This document shows, one piece after another, positions 18,474-31,714 of a stretch of DNA of 64,000 nt; the stretch's first letter is position 1; each line of letters starts with the position of its first letter. Both the position numbers and the translations under genes were made by a program. The notes under the pieces were generated by a model. The model searched no databases, was not told the origin of the DNA, and saw nothing but the letters and a program-made list of their open reading frames with translations. Source of the DNA: Pecten maximus (Eukaryota); contig NC_047033.1 of assembly GCF_902652985.1 (NCBI RefSeq), forward strand, positions 6,076,001-6,140,000. Reading direction: 5' to 3'.

Positions 18474-19675
18474 GTATATGTTCGTCCCTGCTTTGTATTT
18501 GAAATTGTCTTCCTCTGTAAACTGCAAGAAGTTTTTGTTAGCTTGATAATATTAAAGTTTGTTTTAAATTAAAAACAAATTGGTTATCGTTTTGCTAAGT
18601 TTTCATGAACAGGTATTTTATTGCAAATTTAAGTTGCATTTATTAACACTAACCCAAGTTTACTCTGGCCCCGACACCAGTCATGGACATTCTGACTGAT
18701 AGATTCACCTACAACAGACATTTATCTGTTAGAATGTCCAAGTCTACGGGGACCAGGGGGGATAGGGCTGATATCTATTGATGTGAAAAAGAGAAAGAAG
18801 CGATGAGAGAGGAATGTAAGCATCATGTTTTACGTTTATTGGAAAATCAAATTTGACAGCCCCCCCCCCCCTCAGAATAAAACTTAATATTTTATCTTTT
18901 ATATTTTTTTCCCTTCACAAACACCCTTTTAACAAATCAGAAACAGTATTTTACCAAGAAGGAAAAGCCAAAATAATTTATACTATATGAATATATAATT
19001 GTATATATAAAATATATATTTTGAAACAAGTGATCGTTGCATTTTCTTTTTTTTAAATTGAAGCAATCACTTTAAATTTTTACTATTTCAGCCAAGCAAA
19101 TCTAAACAGAAATGGTACATGTGTGACTACATGTAATAGATATGTGATAATTGATAGGAAGAGTGGAATGCAACAGAAACTGCATGAACTATTGGTACTT
19201 GTAATATCCTGCATAAAGAAATCAGAATATTTTTGGTTTTTAACTTCACATGGAGTCCTGTACTATAAAGATATTACATGTATATGTTATGAGATAGTCA
19301 ATAAAATAAAACATTATATAAATTTCAGAATATGTTCTTGTTTTTCCTCCCAAGCAACATACACTTTATAATGTTACAGCGCCGACAGCTACAAATGTCG
19401 TCTGCATAAAGGACGTTTTATATATTAGTTATTAGGTAGAGTTAAATTGATGGAAATGAGCATGAAGACGCGTCACGTAAGTTTCACATCTTTGGAGTTC
19501 TCATTCTATGACAACCTGGGATACTTTGTCCAGAAAGTCTAGGCACATTAATAGGAACTGACGTTTACAATTGGCACTATCGAATGTTAGCTGGTCTGCT
19601 CCAAGAACTCACAAGAAACATTTCGTCATTCATGTTCAAAATGTTTATGAAACAATCTGCTCCGAATGAGTTTAT

Positions 19676-22092
19676 AATGTGGGTCTTATTGGGAGAGAGA
19701 CAATCATGTACAGTATATGTACGGGAGCTCGCTGGTCTTATTGGGAGAGAGACAATCATGTACAGTATATGTACGGGAGCTCGCTGGTATTATTGGGAGA
19801 GAGACAATCATGAAGTATATGTACGGGAGCTCGCGAGTCTTATTGGGAGAGAGACAATCATGTACAGTATATGTACGGGAGCTCGCTGGTCTTATTGGGA
19901 GAGAGATAATCATGTACAGTATATGTACGGGAGCTCGCTGGTCTTATTGGGAGAGAGACAATCATGAAGTATATGTACGGGAGCTCGCGGGTCTTATTGG
20001 GAGAGAGACAATCATGAAGTATATGTACAGGAGCTCGCTGGTCTTATTGGGAGAGGGACAATCATGTAGTATATGTACGGGAGCTCGCGAGTCTTATTGG
20101 GAGAGAGACAATCATGTACAGTATATGTACGGGAGCTCGCTAGTCTTATTGGGAGAGAGATAATCATGTACAGTATATGTACGGGAGCTCGCGGGTCTTA
20201 TTCGGAGGGAGACAATCATGAAGTATATGTACGGGAGCTCGCGAGTCTTATTGGGAGAGAGACAATCATGAAGTATTTGTACGGGAGCCCGCGGTTTTTA
20301 TTGGGAGAGAGAGACAATCATGTAGTATATGTACGGGAGCTCGCGGGTCTTATTGGGAGAGAGAGACAATCATGTAGTATATGTACGGGAGCTCGCTAGT
20401 CTTATTGGGAGAGAGATAATCATGTACAGTATATGTACGGGAGCTCGCGGGTCTTATTCGGAGGGAGACAATCATGAAGTATATGTACGGGAGCTCGCGA
20501 GTCTTATTGGGAGAGAGACAATCATGAAGTATTTGTACGGGAGCCCGCGGTTTTTATTGGGAGAGAGACAATCATGTAGTATATGTACGGGAGCCCGCGG
20601 TTTTTATTGGGAGAGAGAGACAATCATGTAGTATATGTACGGGAGCTCGCGGGTCTTATTGGGAGAGAGACAATCATGTAGTATATGTACGGGAGCTCGC
20701 GGGTATAATTGGGAGAGAGACAATCATGTAGTATAGATAGAGAAACAATCATGAAGTATACAAATTGTATGTACGGGAGCTCGCTGGTCTTTAGGGAGAG
20801 AGAGACAATCATGAAGTATTTGTACGGGAGCCCGCGGGTCTTATTGGGAGAGAGACAATCATGTACAGTATTTGTACGGGAGCCCACGGGCCTTATTGGG
20901 AGGGAGACAATCATGTAGTATATGTACGGGAGCTCGCGGGTCTTATTGGGAGGGAGACAGTCGTGTACAGTATATGTACGGGAGCCCGCGGTTTTTATTG
21001 GGAGAGAGAGACAATCATGACGTATTTGTACGAGAGCCCTCGGGCCTTAATGGGAGAGAGACAATCATGAAGTATATGTACGGGAGCTCGCTGGTCTTAT
21101 TGGGAGAGAGACAATCATGTAGTATATGTACGGGAGCTCGATGGTCTTATTGGGAGAGAGACAATCATGTAGTATATGTACGGGAGCTCGCGGGTCTTAT
21201 TGGGAGGGAGACAATCATGTAGTATATGTACGGGAGCTCGCGGATCTTATTGGGAGAGAGACAATCATGAAGTATTTGTACGGGAGCTCGCGGGTCTTAT
21301 TGGGAGGGAGACAATCATGAAGTATATGTACGGGAGCTCGCGGGTCTTATTGGGAGGGAGACAATCATGTAGTATATGTACGGGAGCTCGCGGATCTTAT
21401 TGGGAGAGAGACAATCATGAAGTATTTGTACGGGAGCTCGCGGGTCTTATTGGGAGGGAGACAATCATGAAGTATATGTACGGGAGCTCGCTGGTCTTAT
21501 TGGGAGAGAGACAATCATGTAGTATACAAATTGTATGTACGGGAGCTCGCTGGTCTTTAGGGAGAGAGAGACAATCATTTACAGTATTTGTACGGGAGCT
21601 CGCGGGTCTTATTGGGAGGGAGACAATCATGTAGTATTTTTACGGGAGCCCACGGGCCTTAATGGGAGAGAGACAATCATGAAGTATTTTTACGGGAGCC
21701 CACGGGCCTTAATGGGAGAGAGACAATCATGAAGTATATGTACGGGAGCCCGCGGTTTTTATTGGGAGAGAGAGACAATCATGAAGTATTTGTACGGGAG
21801 CCCACGGGCCTTATTGGGAGAGAGACAATCATGTAGTATATGTACGGGAGCTCGCTGGTCTTATTGGGAGAGACACAATCATGTAGTATATGTACGGGAG
21901 CTCGCTGGTCTTATTGGGAGAGAGACAATCATGTAGTATATGTACGGGAGCTCGCGGATCTTATTGGGAGAGAGACAATCATGAAGTATTTGTACGGGAG
22001 CTCGCGGATCTTATTGGGAGAGAGACAATCATGTAGTTTATGTACAGGATTTCGGGATCTTTTTGGGACAGTCGTGTAGTACGGGAGCTCGC
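19676..22092. repeat. ~50-54-bp minisatellite/satellite array (~45 copies)
   Basis: gtacgggagctcgcgggtcttattgggagagagacaatcatgtagtatat repeats with small length variants; all ORFs here are repeat-derived. Confidence 0.95.
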
Positions 22093-24234
22093 AACTTTGT
22101 GGCAGCCATTTGATACTGTTTTTATTTTAAGCTACACTTGTATGGAGTTGCAAAAGGAAGACGATTTATAGTAATACAGAGACATACCATAACCAGAATG
22201 CTATTTTAGTAAAGGAATCAAATATTTCTCATGTCAACCTGTTGCTCTTAATGACATTTCTAGATAGATCTTTATGTACAATGTCGAATGAAATCCGATA
22301 AATCAGGGAAGTAGAGGAAGTTCAATCAATACGGACAAGAATTTATTGATGTATATTTTATTTTTTCAGAAAGTACATAACTTTTATGCGTGTTGATGTT
22401 ATGATACATCTTTAAGACAACGAAGGATACATTTGCATTTTAACCGAGATAATCGACTCCGATAATGAACACCTCAATCTTCAGAAATAAAGAATATTTG
22501 TATACCTGTTTCTCATTTACGTGATTATAGAATGAAACGAAGAAAAAGAAAAATAGATTACAATAATCACAACTTGCATATTGCCATTCATATAATGGAA
22601 TATTACGGGATGGTAAATCTTTAGCTGTTTTGGGGTTAGATCTGATCAATAAACTCCGATATGTCGACATGGGCTCCGACACCATAAGGTTCCGACCAGA
22701 GGTTGTCGAGTACAGCGAAGATCTTGGCATCGACTTCCGTCGTCCCTTCACAGCTGTCTGGAGATGGCGGCGTATCTTTCTCCATGATACACCGAACTGT
22801 ATTAGTCCGCCTTCTGAAACACAAGAATACAGTCTGTTTTTGCATTACGTATACATTGTCCTCTGTCGACAATTTTAGTGGCACCGTCCATAATATCATA
22901 CGTATCTATCCCATTACGGACTATATTTTGTCGCGTTATGATTCAGTTAACCTAATTTAGTTACTGCGTTGGGAGAATTTGAACTCGACATTTGTACCCA
23001 AACCAAACGAGTGACGGTTGTTGATAACAGTTTCGTTAGTTAATTTTCAAATTTAGAAATAATTTGTACGCACTATTGACCCCTAGCATCACTGTCATAT
23101 GCTAGCAGGATAGCACAGGTCTATATATAGTTTTTTTTATAGTATTGTTTAATATCCTAACAGTATCTCAAGCTAACCAGATATTGTCATTTGAATAATA
23201 TAGACAGCCTCCCCTGTGTGCAAGATGCATAAGGGTGGTGAACGTGTTTTCTTCGTCATACACAATGTAGATGAGCTTTATCTCGATCTATGTCTTATGT
23301 TAACGTGTAAATCTCGCCATTGCGATAGTATAAATGTCTAATTACTGTTATTACGCCTACATAATGTATATGTCAAGAACCATGGTTTTAGCATCGTTCA
23401 TGTCATCTTCGCTAACCAAGGGTTACTCAACGCTATGCTCCATTTCACCCTTGGCTTCGTTCATTACCTACCCACTGACGCCTCCCGCGTATGACCGTAG
23501 AGAATCGGCCGAGGTGTTCCGAGTGGTGAAATGGGGCATAGCGTAGAGTAACCATTGGCTAGCGAAGATGCGTTCATGTAACTGGCGTCGTGTGTTCACA
23601 TCAATCGGACTAGTTCGGGCCTTTCCGACAAGCTCGGAAAAACACCCGAGTTGGCAATCGGAGACCCTGGTCCTTTTCGAATGGAGCAACTCGCAGCTGT
23701 GCGGAGGCCACACGGAACTTCCGCTTTGTAGGAGTCATACTAATCGGCTAAGGTATTCCGAAATGTATGGTCATAAGTGGCCAGCTTTAGAGTTTCGTAT
23801 CATCAGTATGAGAAATAACTTAAAAAGATTTTTTTAAATTTTAATTACTGAAAAAAAAAAAAAAAAAAAATAAGATTTAAAATTATATTTATAAGGAAAT
23901 TTTGAAGGAAAGCATCTAAAATTCAACGTACAACCATGCACTCAAAGGGGTCCCTATTTATGCAGCCCAAAACATGAATTAAATGATCTATTACATTTAA
24001 AAATAATTATTCCATGTTTATAAATTCCGAAAATTCGCAAGATAGTTATAGTGGAACCGAATCAATCCAAGCAATGGCATATCTGGAACAATCCCGAGTC
24101 TTCATTTTCTGATCAGTTATTCCGAACGTCCCGTTTACGTACTTCCTTTTGCGCTGCTCGTTCAAGCACGTGGCGGATAGGTAAGATTTGGCAAGTCTGT
24201 TCTTTGACAGTTCAGAACTTTAATCTTTCAAAAT

Positions 24235-24789
24235 ATGCTAAGGGTTGGCATTGTAGGTTCCTCACATGTAAGGCGCATGGATCAATCCAATGAGTTTATC
24301 TATGGTACCACGGTTTCGAGATATTTTTCGAGAAGTGGTGGGATAGTAGAACACATGTATGGGTTCATGTCTGTCTTGTGTGCGTTTCGTCCCAATGTTA
24401 TTTTCCTACAGATAGGAGGGAATGACATAAATGAAAATACATGTCCAGAACACCTTGTTCGGGACATCATGTGTCTATGTCAAGAACTATATCGTAGGGT
24501 AAATGGACTGGAATGTGTCATTGTTGGCTCACTTTTCCTCAGGCTTCGTACACGTGGTGTCCCAGCAGCTCAATACGAGGTGCTCCGACAGCGCGTTAAT
24601 GAGTGTCTGGAGCGACAGGTGTATGGTCGGTTTGTGTTCTGGAAACATAAGAGGCTCGTACCTTCTTGTCTCTGTGAAGATCAGGTACACCTAAATGTTG
24701 TAGGAAACAGGCGACTACACTGGTCAATGAAAAGTGCAGTCGCGACCTTTCTCAAGGGACGATTTAGATTTCAACAGATAGATGCTTAG
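24235..24789 (+). CDS. Single-exon SGNH/GDSL-type hydrolase domain protein (184 aa), probably carried by a mobile element
   Basis: Block I IVGSSHVRR, block II RSGG, block III FLQIGGNDI and block V EDQVHLN are all present in an intact ORF. Confidence 0.8.
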   Translation: MLRVGIVGSSHVRRMDQSNEFIYGTTVSRYFSRSGGIVEHMYGFMSVLCAFRPNVIFLQIGGNDINENTCPEHLVRDIMCLCQELYRRVNGLECVIVGSLFLRLRTRGVPAAQYEVLRQRVNECLERQVYGRFVFWKHKRLVPSCLCEDQVHLNVVGNRRLHWSMKSAVATFLKGRFRFQQIDA

Positions 24790-25269
24790 GTATGCAGTAG
24801 TGGACCTGTGAATCATGCAGACACAACTCTAATTAAGGTAAATTATTATACAGTTAATGACGAGGAGTTCCGATTGTCGCAGACGGAGGCGAGGTGTTCC
24901 GATTGCGAGGTGGATTATTGAAAAGAATACCCAATGAGTTCCGATTGGTGTTCACAGGTGTACCAGTTCTCAATCCTCATACGACTTGTTCACAGCACGT
25001 GTGGAGTAATTTATGAGAATAAAGGAATTTGTATATAGAAAGTAATCGGTAAATAAATTCGTACCTTGTCCACCATTCAATACCCAGGGAGATATTCATT
25101 GACGAATCTGGCCTGTCGGGAATCTCGCTGTATCCACGTGGATAGCACGGGTTAAAGACCGTTCTCCAAAACCTGGCACAATCTCCCGTTAAAGCCGTTT
25201 GTACAAACGTCTGCAAAACTGTCAAAAGAAATGACATATTACTTCCCTTCCATGTCATTCATTGTAATA

Positions 25270-25565
25270 TTCAAGGACTTCCGAGTTCATATTTCAGGAC
25301 GTGTAAATTATCATTTCGGGACTTCTGAGTTAACAATTAAAGACGCCTGAGTTAATATTCCAGGTCTTTCGAATAAATATTCAAGGACTTCCGAGCTAAT
25401 ATTTAAAGACTTCCGAGTAAATATTTCAGGACTTCCGAGCTAACGTTAACGTTTTAAAAGGTATTCCGAGCTACTATCTATACAGACTTTACAGTTAATA
25501 TTTACGGACTTCTGAGTTGACATTTTTAGGACTTCCGAGCTAATATTTAAGGGTTTTCGAGTTAT
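25270..25565. repeat. Degenerate ~21-bp tandem repeat (aggacttccgagctaatatt)
   Basis: ggacttccgag/ggacttctgag recurs about 10 times. Confidence 0.75.
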
Positions 25566-27631
25566 GTAACCAGTGTATTTTCAAGGCAAACTCCTATCAT
25601 TTAAATGGAGCCGGTTGCAAAGAAATTTGTTGCCTGTGGAGTTTGCTGTTTTTTGTTTGGTGAAATACTGGGACCTGTTTGTTAGTAATGCCTGCTACAC
25701 ACCCATTTATTAAGGTCTACGCATACTTACAGGGCTGGACCTGCGGGTCGACTTCCCCATTAGCTGTACACAGCCCTCCATTCTCTAGATGAAGTTGGTG
25801 CAGTTCCTCCTGGTTCGAACATTGCTGGGTATTTGAGGAGATACACGGACCATACTGCAGCAGTGAGCTATAATAAATGTACGGAACAAGATTCAACATT
25901 TTGATAATAGTTTTATTGAGAAAGATGTTTATGTTAAACACAAATGAATAACTAAAATAAAAATTAAAAAAAAAAAGAAATCAAGAATCAAACGTTTCCG
26001 AAAACTTCAAACACAAGGGCCGGCTGAGCTGACGCTATATACATTTACAGTAACTAGTGGCCAATAGTTGCAGGCAATCATCATGTAAATTGTTAGGTTT
26101 GTCAGATAAAAAATACCTCTATCGCTTTCGCACCAGTCATTTATAACCTTTATATAATATAACAAAAACAGAATGGTAAAAAAAAACCCCAAAACTTATG
26201 ATCATAACAATGTCATTTTCTGTCTAATGGGTCCAAATCAGTCGGCTTTCTGTTCACATACAACTGGAAATGTAATAGCTTAGTCGTTGAAACATTCATA
26301 AAATCATTTTTAATTTATCCAATTGACATTTAGAACGATGTTTACGTGTAAAGCGCCACAGCGTGTGAAGACTCTACAGGTACCAGATATTAGAATACAT
26401 TTAAAAACCAAACTGTTGCTTTTAAGCGTGAAATCATTCGAAGTGTTTGTGCTATTAATTCCTTATTTCTTTTGTATAAAGAAATATAGATATAAGTAAA
26501 AACAGAAGAAAAAATGATATTCCCACTAAAAGCAGAGAAATCTCATTCGTTTAGCAGAATGGGCCGACACACTTGTAGAACTCGGAAAGTTAATTGGCTA
26601 TTAAACGTTAAACCCTATCACTGGAAAATGGGCTGCGATATCAAGAACTTTTGATCAAGAATATTGAAATAGATAAATAAATGAATGTTTTTTCCCCTTT
26701 TAAATAACAATCAAACAAGGACGACATCGAGATGATGACGACGGCGACGGCGGCGACTGAGAGAAAAAGCCAATCATTGTATTAGCCGTCATTTGTAAGA
26801 CATTTTGCTTCTGTCAGACAGATGGATGTGTATTCCCTCTCTGTCGCAGGTGTTTCTGCCTTTCCTTTGACAATGAAATACATATATCGACTGTATAACT
26901 GTACATACCTACACCAAACATTGAGGAACACCTGTAACCCTTCTCTGGTGAAATATCCACCACTAAATAGTCTTTCACGCTCATCTGGAGTCGGAGCCCT
27001 CATTCCTAGACAATACAGTCGTTGAATGGCATTGTAGGAATTGCACACGGATGCCTGCGCAGATCCGTGTCCAACTGATTATAAGAATATTGAATTTTAT
27101 CATCAAACAGAAATGTCATGACAATGGTGAAATTAAGAACTGATGTATTTTGACAACACAACATTTATTCCAGAAATATAAGAAACTTATTCGAATCTTC
27201 TTTGAAAACAGCATGTAACATACTAAAATTAGTAAATGTAAAAGAACTAGATAAAACAGGTAAATTTATTCATTTTTTTTAAGAAAATGGACAGAGAAAT
27301 TAAATAGTTGAAACTTGAATGTTATTTTGTTAAATTATTGATATGCACGTTGTTTAATCGTTTAATCGAAGAACAGTTAATTAAAACTTCAAGATGAGTT
27401 TCATGAAATAATATCTCATCTCAGAAAAAAAGTGGCAAACACGTAGTTGATGCAGCATTCAGGATAAACTCTAAATACTTCTAATAAAAATTAACATTTA
27501 AATATGCTACATACATGTGTGTTTGTTACATATCATTTCAATAACATGGCAAATAAAAAAAGTGTGATTTTCACGACAGATAATTATAATACAATCAAAT
27601 CAATATTTTTAATCATATAATAGAAACCACA

Positions 27632-28051
27632 GGCGTTTGCTTCTGGTTAGTATTTACAGAAAAAATAACCCTTCTCCTACTATAAACTTGAAGATCAGAC
27701 GATGCACCGACTGTTGAACGGAAGGAGGCTTTTGATTGGTCGACAATTATAGTTCGTATTGCTTACAGAGCTGTCGACTAATCAGATTATCCAATGGATA
27801 CCCCCTAAAATATACAGATCACCTTTTTCTCATCTTTAAATCATTGAAAGCCGGACAAAGATCCGTTGATATTTAAGGAGTCTAATCCAAAACACGTTAA
27901 TAAAATTTGTGTACATTTCATATTTTAGACAGATTGAACTTAAATTCAAAGTGAATCGAATCTCGCACCCCACTTCCGGCTTTTCGAGTGTTACACCTTA
28001 CTTTTAAGGGCTTATATTATTTCTATCAATACTAACCAGAAGCAGTCGCCA
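27632..28051. mobile_element. MITE-like element with ~40-bp TIRs
   Basis: ggcgtttgcttctggttagtatttacagaaa...tttctatcaatactaaccagaagcagtcgcc. Confidence 0.65.
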
Positions 28052-29065
28052 TTGCAGAAACGTACATATAGTTATAGCTGAAACAGGAGCGCGAACACAC
28101 CAAATTCAACTTCAGACAAAACCAACGCATTTCATTTTACACTTTAATGTTCTGTGTAAATTCTACATCATATCAATACTCATTTTCCCACGCCTTATAT
28201 TAAAATATTGTATTTTTGACGCTTTATTTCTTTAACAAATATTCATAAGCTAGCCTTAACTTGATATGTATAGTTTTACTCTTTCTACTTTCGTTTACTC
28301 ACACGAATATCCACATGTTAATGTGTATGGAATATACTATATATATTCATTTTAAATATACCGGATTTCACATGGACCGAAGCAGTTCGCCTGTTTATAG
28401 AATTGACCTGTTGTAGCTACATGTAGCTGGTCCATACATAGACTAGAAAATTCGAAACATCAATGGGTGTATAACATTTGCATACAAAGAAACAGTGATA
28501 GATCTTAAACAATGCTCTTACTTCTACAAATATCTCTGTTTTGAGCGTGAACTAGACGACAAAAACATCACAATGAAGCAAGGTCACATCTGATCCCAAA
28601 ATAAACCTATTTAATTTTCCATAAAACTAATAGAATATGTTCATAATGAAAATCTAAACTACATTCGTTAAGACATAGTGTGATATATATTAACAACAGG
28701 TGATGTTTCTGGATATCAATGTCGATAAAATACTTACCATTTATCAAAAGTACAAAACCGAGGATGGCAAGTGAACCTAGCTGCATTTTGTCCTGTCAGT
28801 TGGTTAACAGCCCGGTCGATTGTAAACGTGTACACGGCGCCGCCAATACAGACTGCGGATGTTGTAAAAGGTCATGATTCTAAAATTACAATTCATAATC
28901 TAGGCCTAAGCGAGAGAATAAATAAATGGTTTTATCTATCATAATATATAGTGAGTTCGAGGGCCGGGCAGGGCCCGTGTCATGATAAATATATTACAGT
29001 ATACAATAGAATACAAAGTCAAACACAGATCTGCTGTCTCGCTAGTAATTTCGCGGCTATATATT

Positions 29066-29480
29066 TAAGGATTGATTGTCAATTTTGTTGCTTGCATGGA
29101 CTGATGAAGGGAAGTGAACCTCGTGCAAATGAAGTGAACCTCGTGCAAATGAAGTGAACTGCGAAGCAGTTCATGTACCATTTGCACGAGGTTCACTTCC
29201 CTTCATCAGTCCATGCAAGCAACAAAATTGACAATCAATCCTTATATTTACGTTAACCAAATTAAAAACTTCGCCACCAGATTGCAAAATTCGGTCGCAA
29301 CAGTGTGACGTAAGTGCGTCACTTTGTAACATTGTTATACTTATCGTACATGTGTACACAGTAGTGGAACAGCAAACAGTCAGCTATTCTCGTCGCCAAG
29401 GCAACACAAAATATAGTGCCATACACGTTTTGATTATTACGATGTTGATACATATAAATATGATACTTTCAAGGTAAAAT
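29066..29480. mobile_element. Palindromic non-autonomous element with perfect 66-bp inverted arms (29066-29131 / 29179-29244)
   Basis: taaggattgattg...gcaaatg / catttgc...caatcaatcctta, with a central GCGAAGC hairpin. The right boundary is uncertain. Confidence 0.6.
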
Positions 29481-29629
29481 ATTCTTTTATAACAAATATT
29501 TATGATATTGTATAATAAAAACTTAGCAATACCCATATAAATACGAATTTAAAGTGCAGTGTTGACAGTATAGTATGTGTGTGATTTGGTCACTCGAGAC
29601 ACAGGGACTCGGTTAAAAAATGAGCACAA

Positions 29630-29990
29630 GTTGGTGTCTATCTATGTAAGTGGGTGTCTGTGTGTATGTCTATCTTTCTGACTGAGAGTGTGTCTATCTG
29701 GCGGCGTGTATGAATGTCAGGGTGGGTGTCTTTTGCATGTGTGTATCAGTCTGTGTGTGGTGGTGCATCGGTGTGTATGTATGTCTCTCGGCACGTGTGA
29801 GTGTCGCGGTGTGTATGTTATGTGTCTGTCTGTCTTCCTGTGTGTCTCAGTCTGTATGTGAGGGTGAATGTGTGGGTTTGTTGTATTTGAGTGTGTTTGT
29901 CTGTCTACCTGTCAGTGTTTGCATCTGTGTGTATATGTCGGACTATGAGTCTATCTGTCTTTCTGTTTGTGGTATGTATAATTATTGAGT
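29630..29990. repeat. Degenerate (TG/TCTG)n low-complexity tract
   Basis: The GT-rich composition explains the C/V-rich ORF 29710-29988. Confidence 0.8.
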
Positions 29991-31277
29991 GTAAACAAGT
30001 TTAAGCTAAGCAGATATGAAAATTCGTTGTATAATAAAGTTTGTAATTTTATAGTCTGCTAATGCAAAAAAGTCTTTGCTCTATGCTCTGAGTGCAAAAA
30101 AAAAAAAAATGAGCACAAGGTTTTGAACGTGACGACAATTCAGTGAAATATCACATCATTAAAAACAGTGTGTATATACTCTCTAAAGCTTGGAAAAAAT
30201 CGATTTTGTAAGGTTTTATAATTTGAATGAATGTTGGATTTTTAGTCTTTGGATTATTTATAGATGTCATATGTTACCCAAAATTCAACGCTGAACCCCT
30301 TTGACCGTATGTGATGCAGTCTAATAGCCGGGATATTCAGAGCTCGAGAAAAAATGTAACAATGTGGATTTTAGTCGCAGGTCAGCTGATGATGTACATG
30401 GTGTTCTTGAAATATTGGATTTCATTGTCGCACTGGCGTTTTGGGATGTAAATTCTGATAGTAAGTAAAGAAACATTGATTTGAAAATTGACGGTATTCG
30501 ACGGCCGGAAACATGTGTCCTCCATATGTTTAGATTGAATCAAATTATGACAATAATGTGTCCCTGTTCTCGATATAGCATACTTCTGCTACCAGTCTGT
30601 TTTGTGTTGTTAAATAGTGTTTAAATTGAGGTTTATTTTCTGTGACCACTGAAATGGTATCAAGCATGACATTCGAGATACAGCTAACGTTAGACCTACT
30701 GCGCTACGTACTGTACATGTAGGTCATGAGCTCGGTGCTATCGGGAGTGTCAGTGTTCTGTCATATCCTGTTTTCTAAACTGTCTGCATTATACTGGCAT
30801 TTTTATTAGCACATAAAGCGGCTATTCCACTTGTGTTCAGATACGTTTATAACAATGTTACACAATTCACAAAGTGAAAGTGCATTCAAGTCTGAGGCGG
30901 TACAGAACTCGATCGCCATTGTAAACTCAGTGAATGTATGAATTCACACGCCGGCAAGAAAGTGATTCGTCTCTCAGAACAGAAGCACGCGACCCAAAAT
31001 CTTCAACGGGAAATGAAGTGATCTGAGTTTACTATGTTCATTGAGGCGGAGCGAAGTGAAAATGTAAATATATATATATATATATGTATATAGGTGTGTG
31101 GTATTGACTATTAAGGGAATGACACACACATTTTGAAAAATAACTTATTACCGATGTTTTCCATGAGTGCGATGCGAGGGTAAAAATGGTTTGTGCTTAG
31201 GAACAATAAAATGGATAATATTTACAAAAACAAATACTTATCCTGTCGTCTCCCCATCTGCATAAGAAAAAATTACA

Positions 31278-31400
31278 CTGGATTATTTTACCTGCCTTAG
31301 TACTATTTCTCTCCGCTAGGCTGCGCTCATGAGACTGAGTTGTATTTTCGATGCGAAGCCTAGCGGAGAGTAGAAAAACTACGGCAGGTAATCCAGTCTA
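31278..31400. mobile_element. Short palindromic MITE
   Basis: ctggatta..tacctgcc...ctctccgctaggct / agcctagcggagag...ggcaggtaatccag. Confidence 0.6.
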
Positions 31401-31714
31401 GGAACATATTAGACGATTTGAATGCAGTGACAAGGAAGAAACATTCTGATTGGTCAATACATGTTGCAAATATTTTAGTCTCTTTGTTAAGAGCTAATAT
31501 CAGTGTTCATGGTATTATTACAAATCAGCAATATATTACCCTCTCAATATTAAACGGACAAATTCAAACGATTATACTGATTTGATGACTTTTTGATGAT
31601 ACTAATGATACTTCAAGAGTTCTGATATGTTCAATCGGATATTTGCCCACTTCATTAGATATAATGTACACAATAAGCAGTACATAATCGTCTTTGAGAC
31701 TCCAGGGATAACGT

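Noticed and set aside
19584-22079. Overlapping ORFs and a repeat-spacer-like appearance (CRISPR-like)
   Set aside because: Units are head-to-tail tandem copies without unique spacers; the context is eukaryotic and there are no cas genes.
29100-29130. ctgatgaaggg... as a hammerhead core
   Set aside because: It lacks the GAAA core after a stem II and is explained as part of the palindrome arm.
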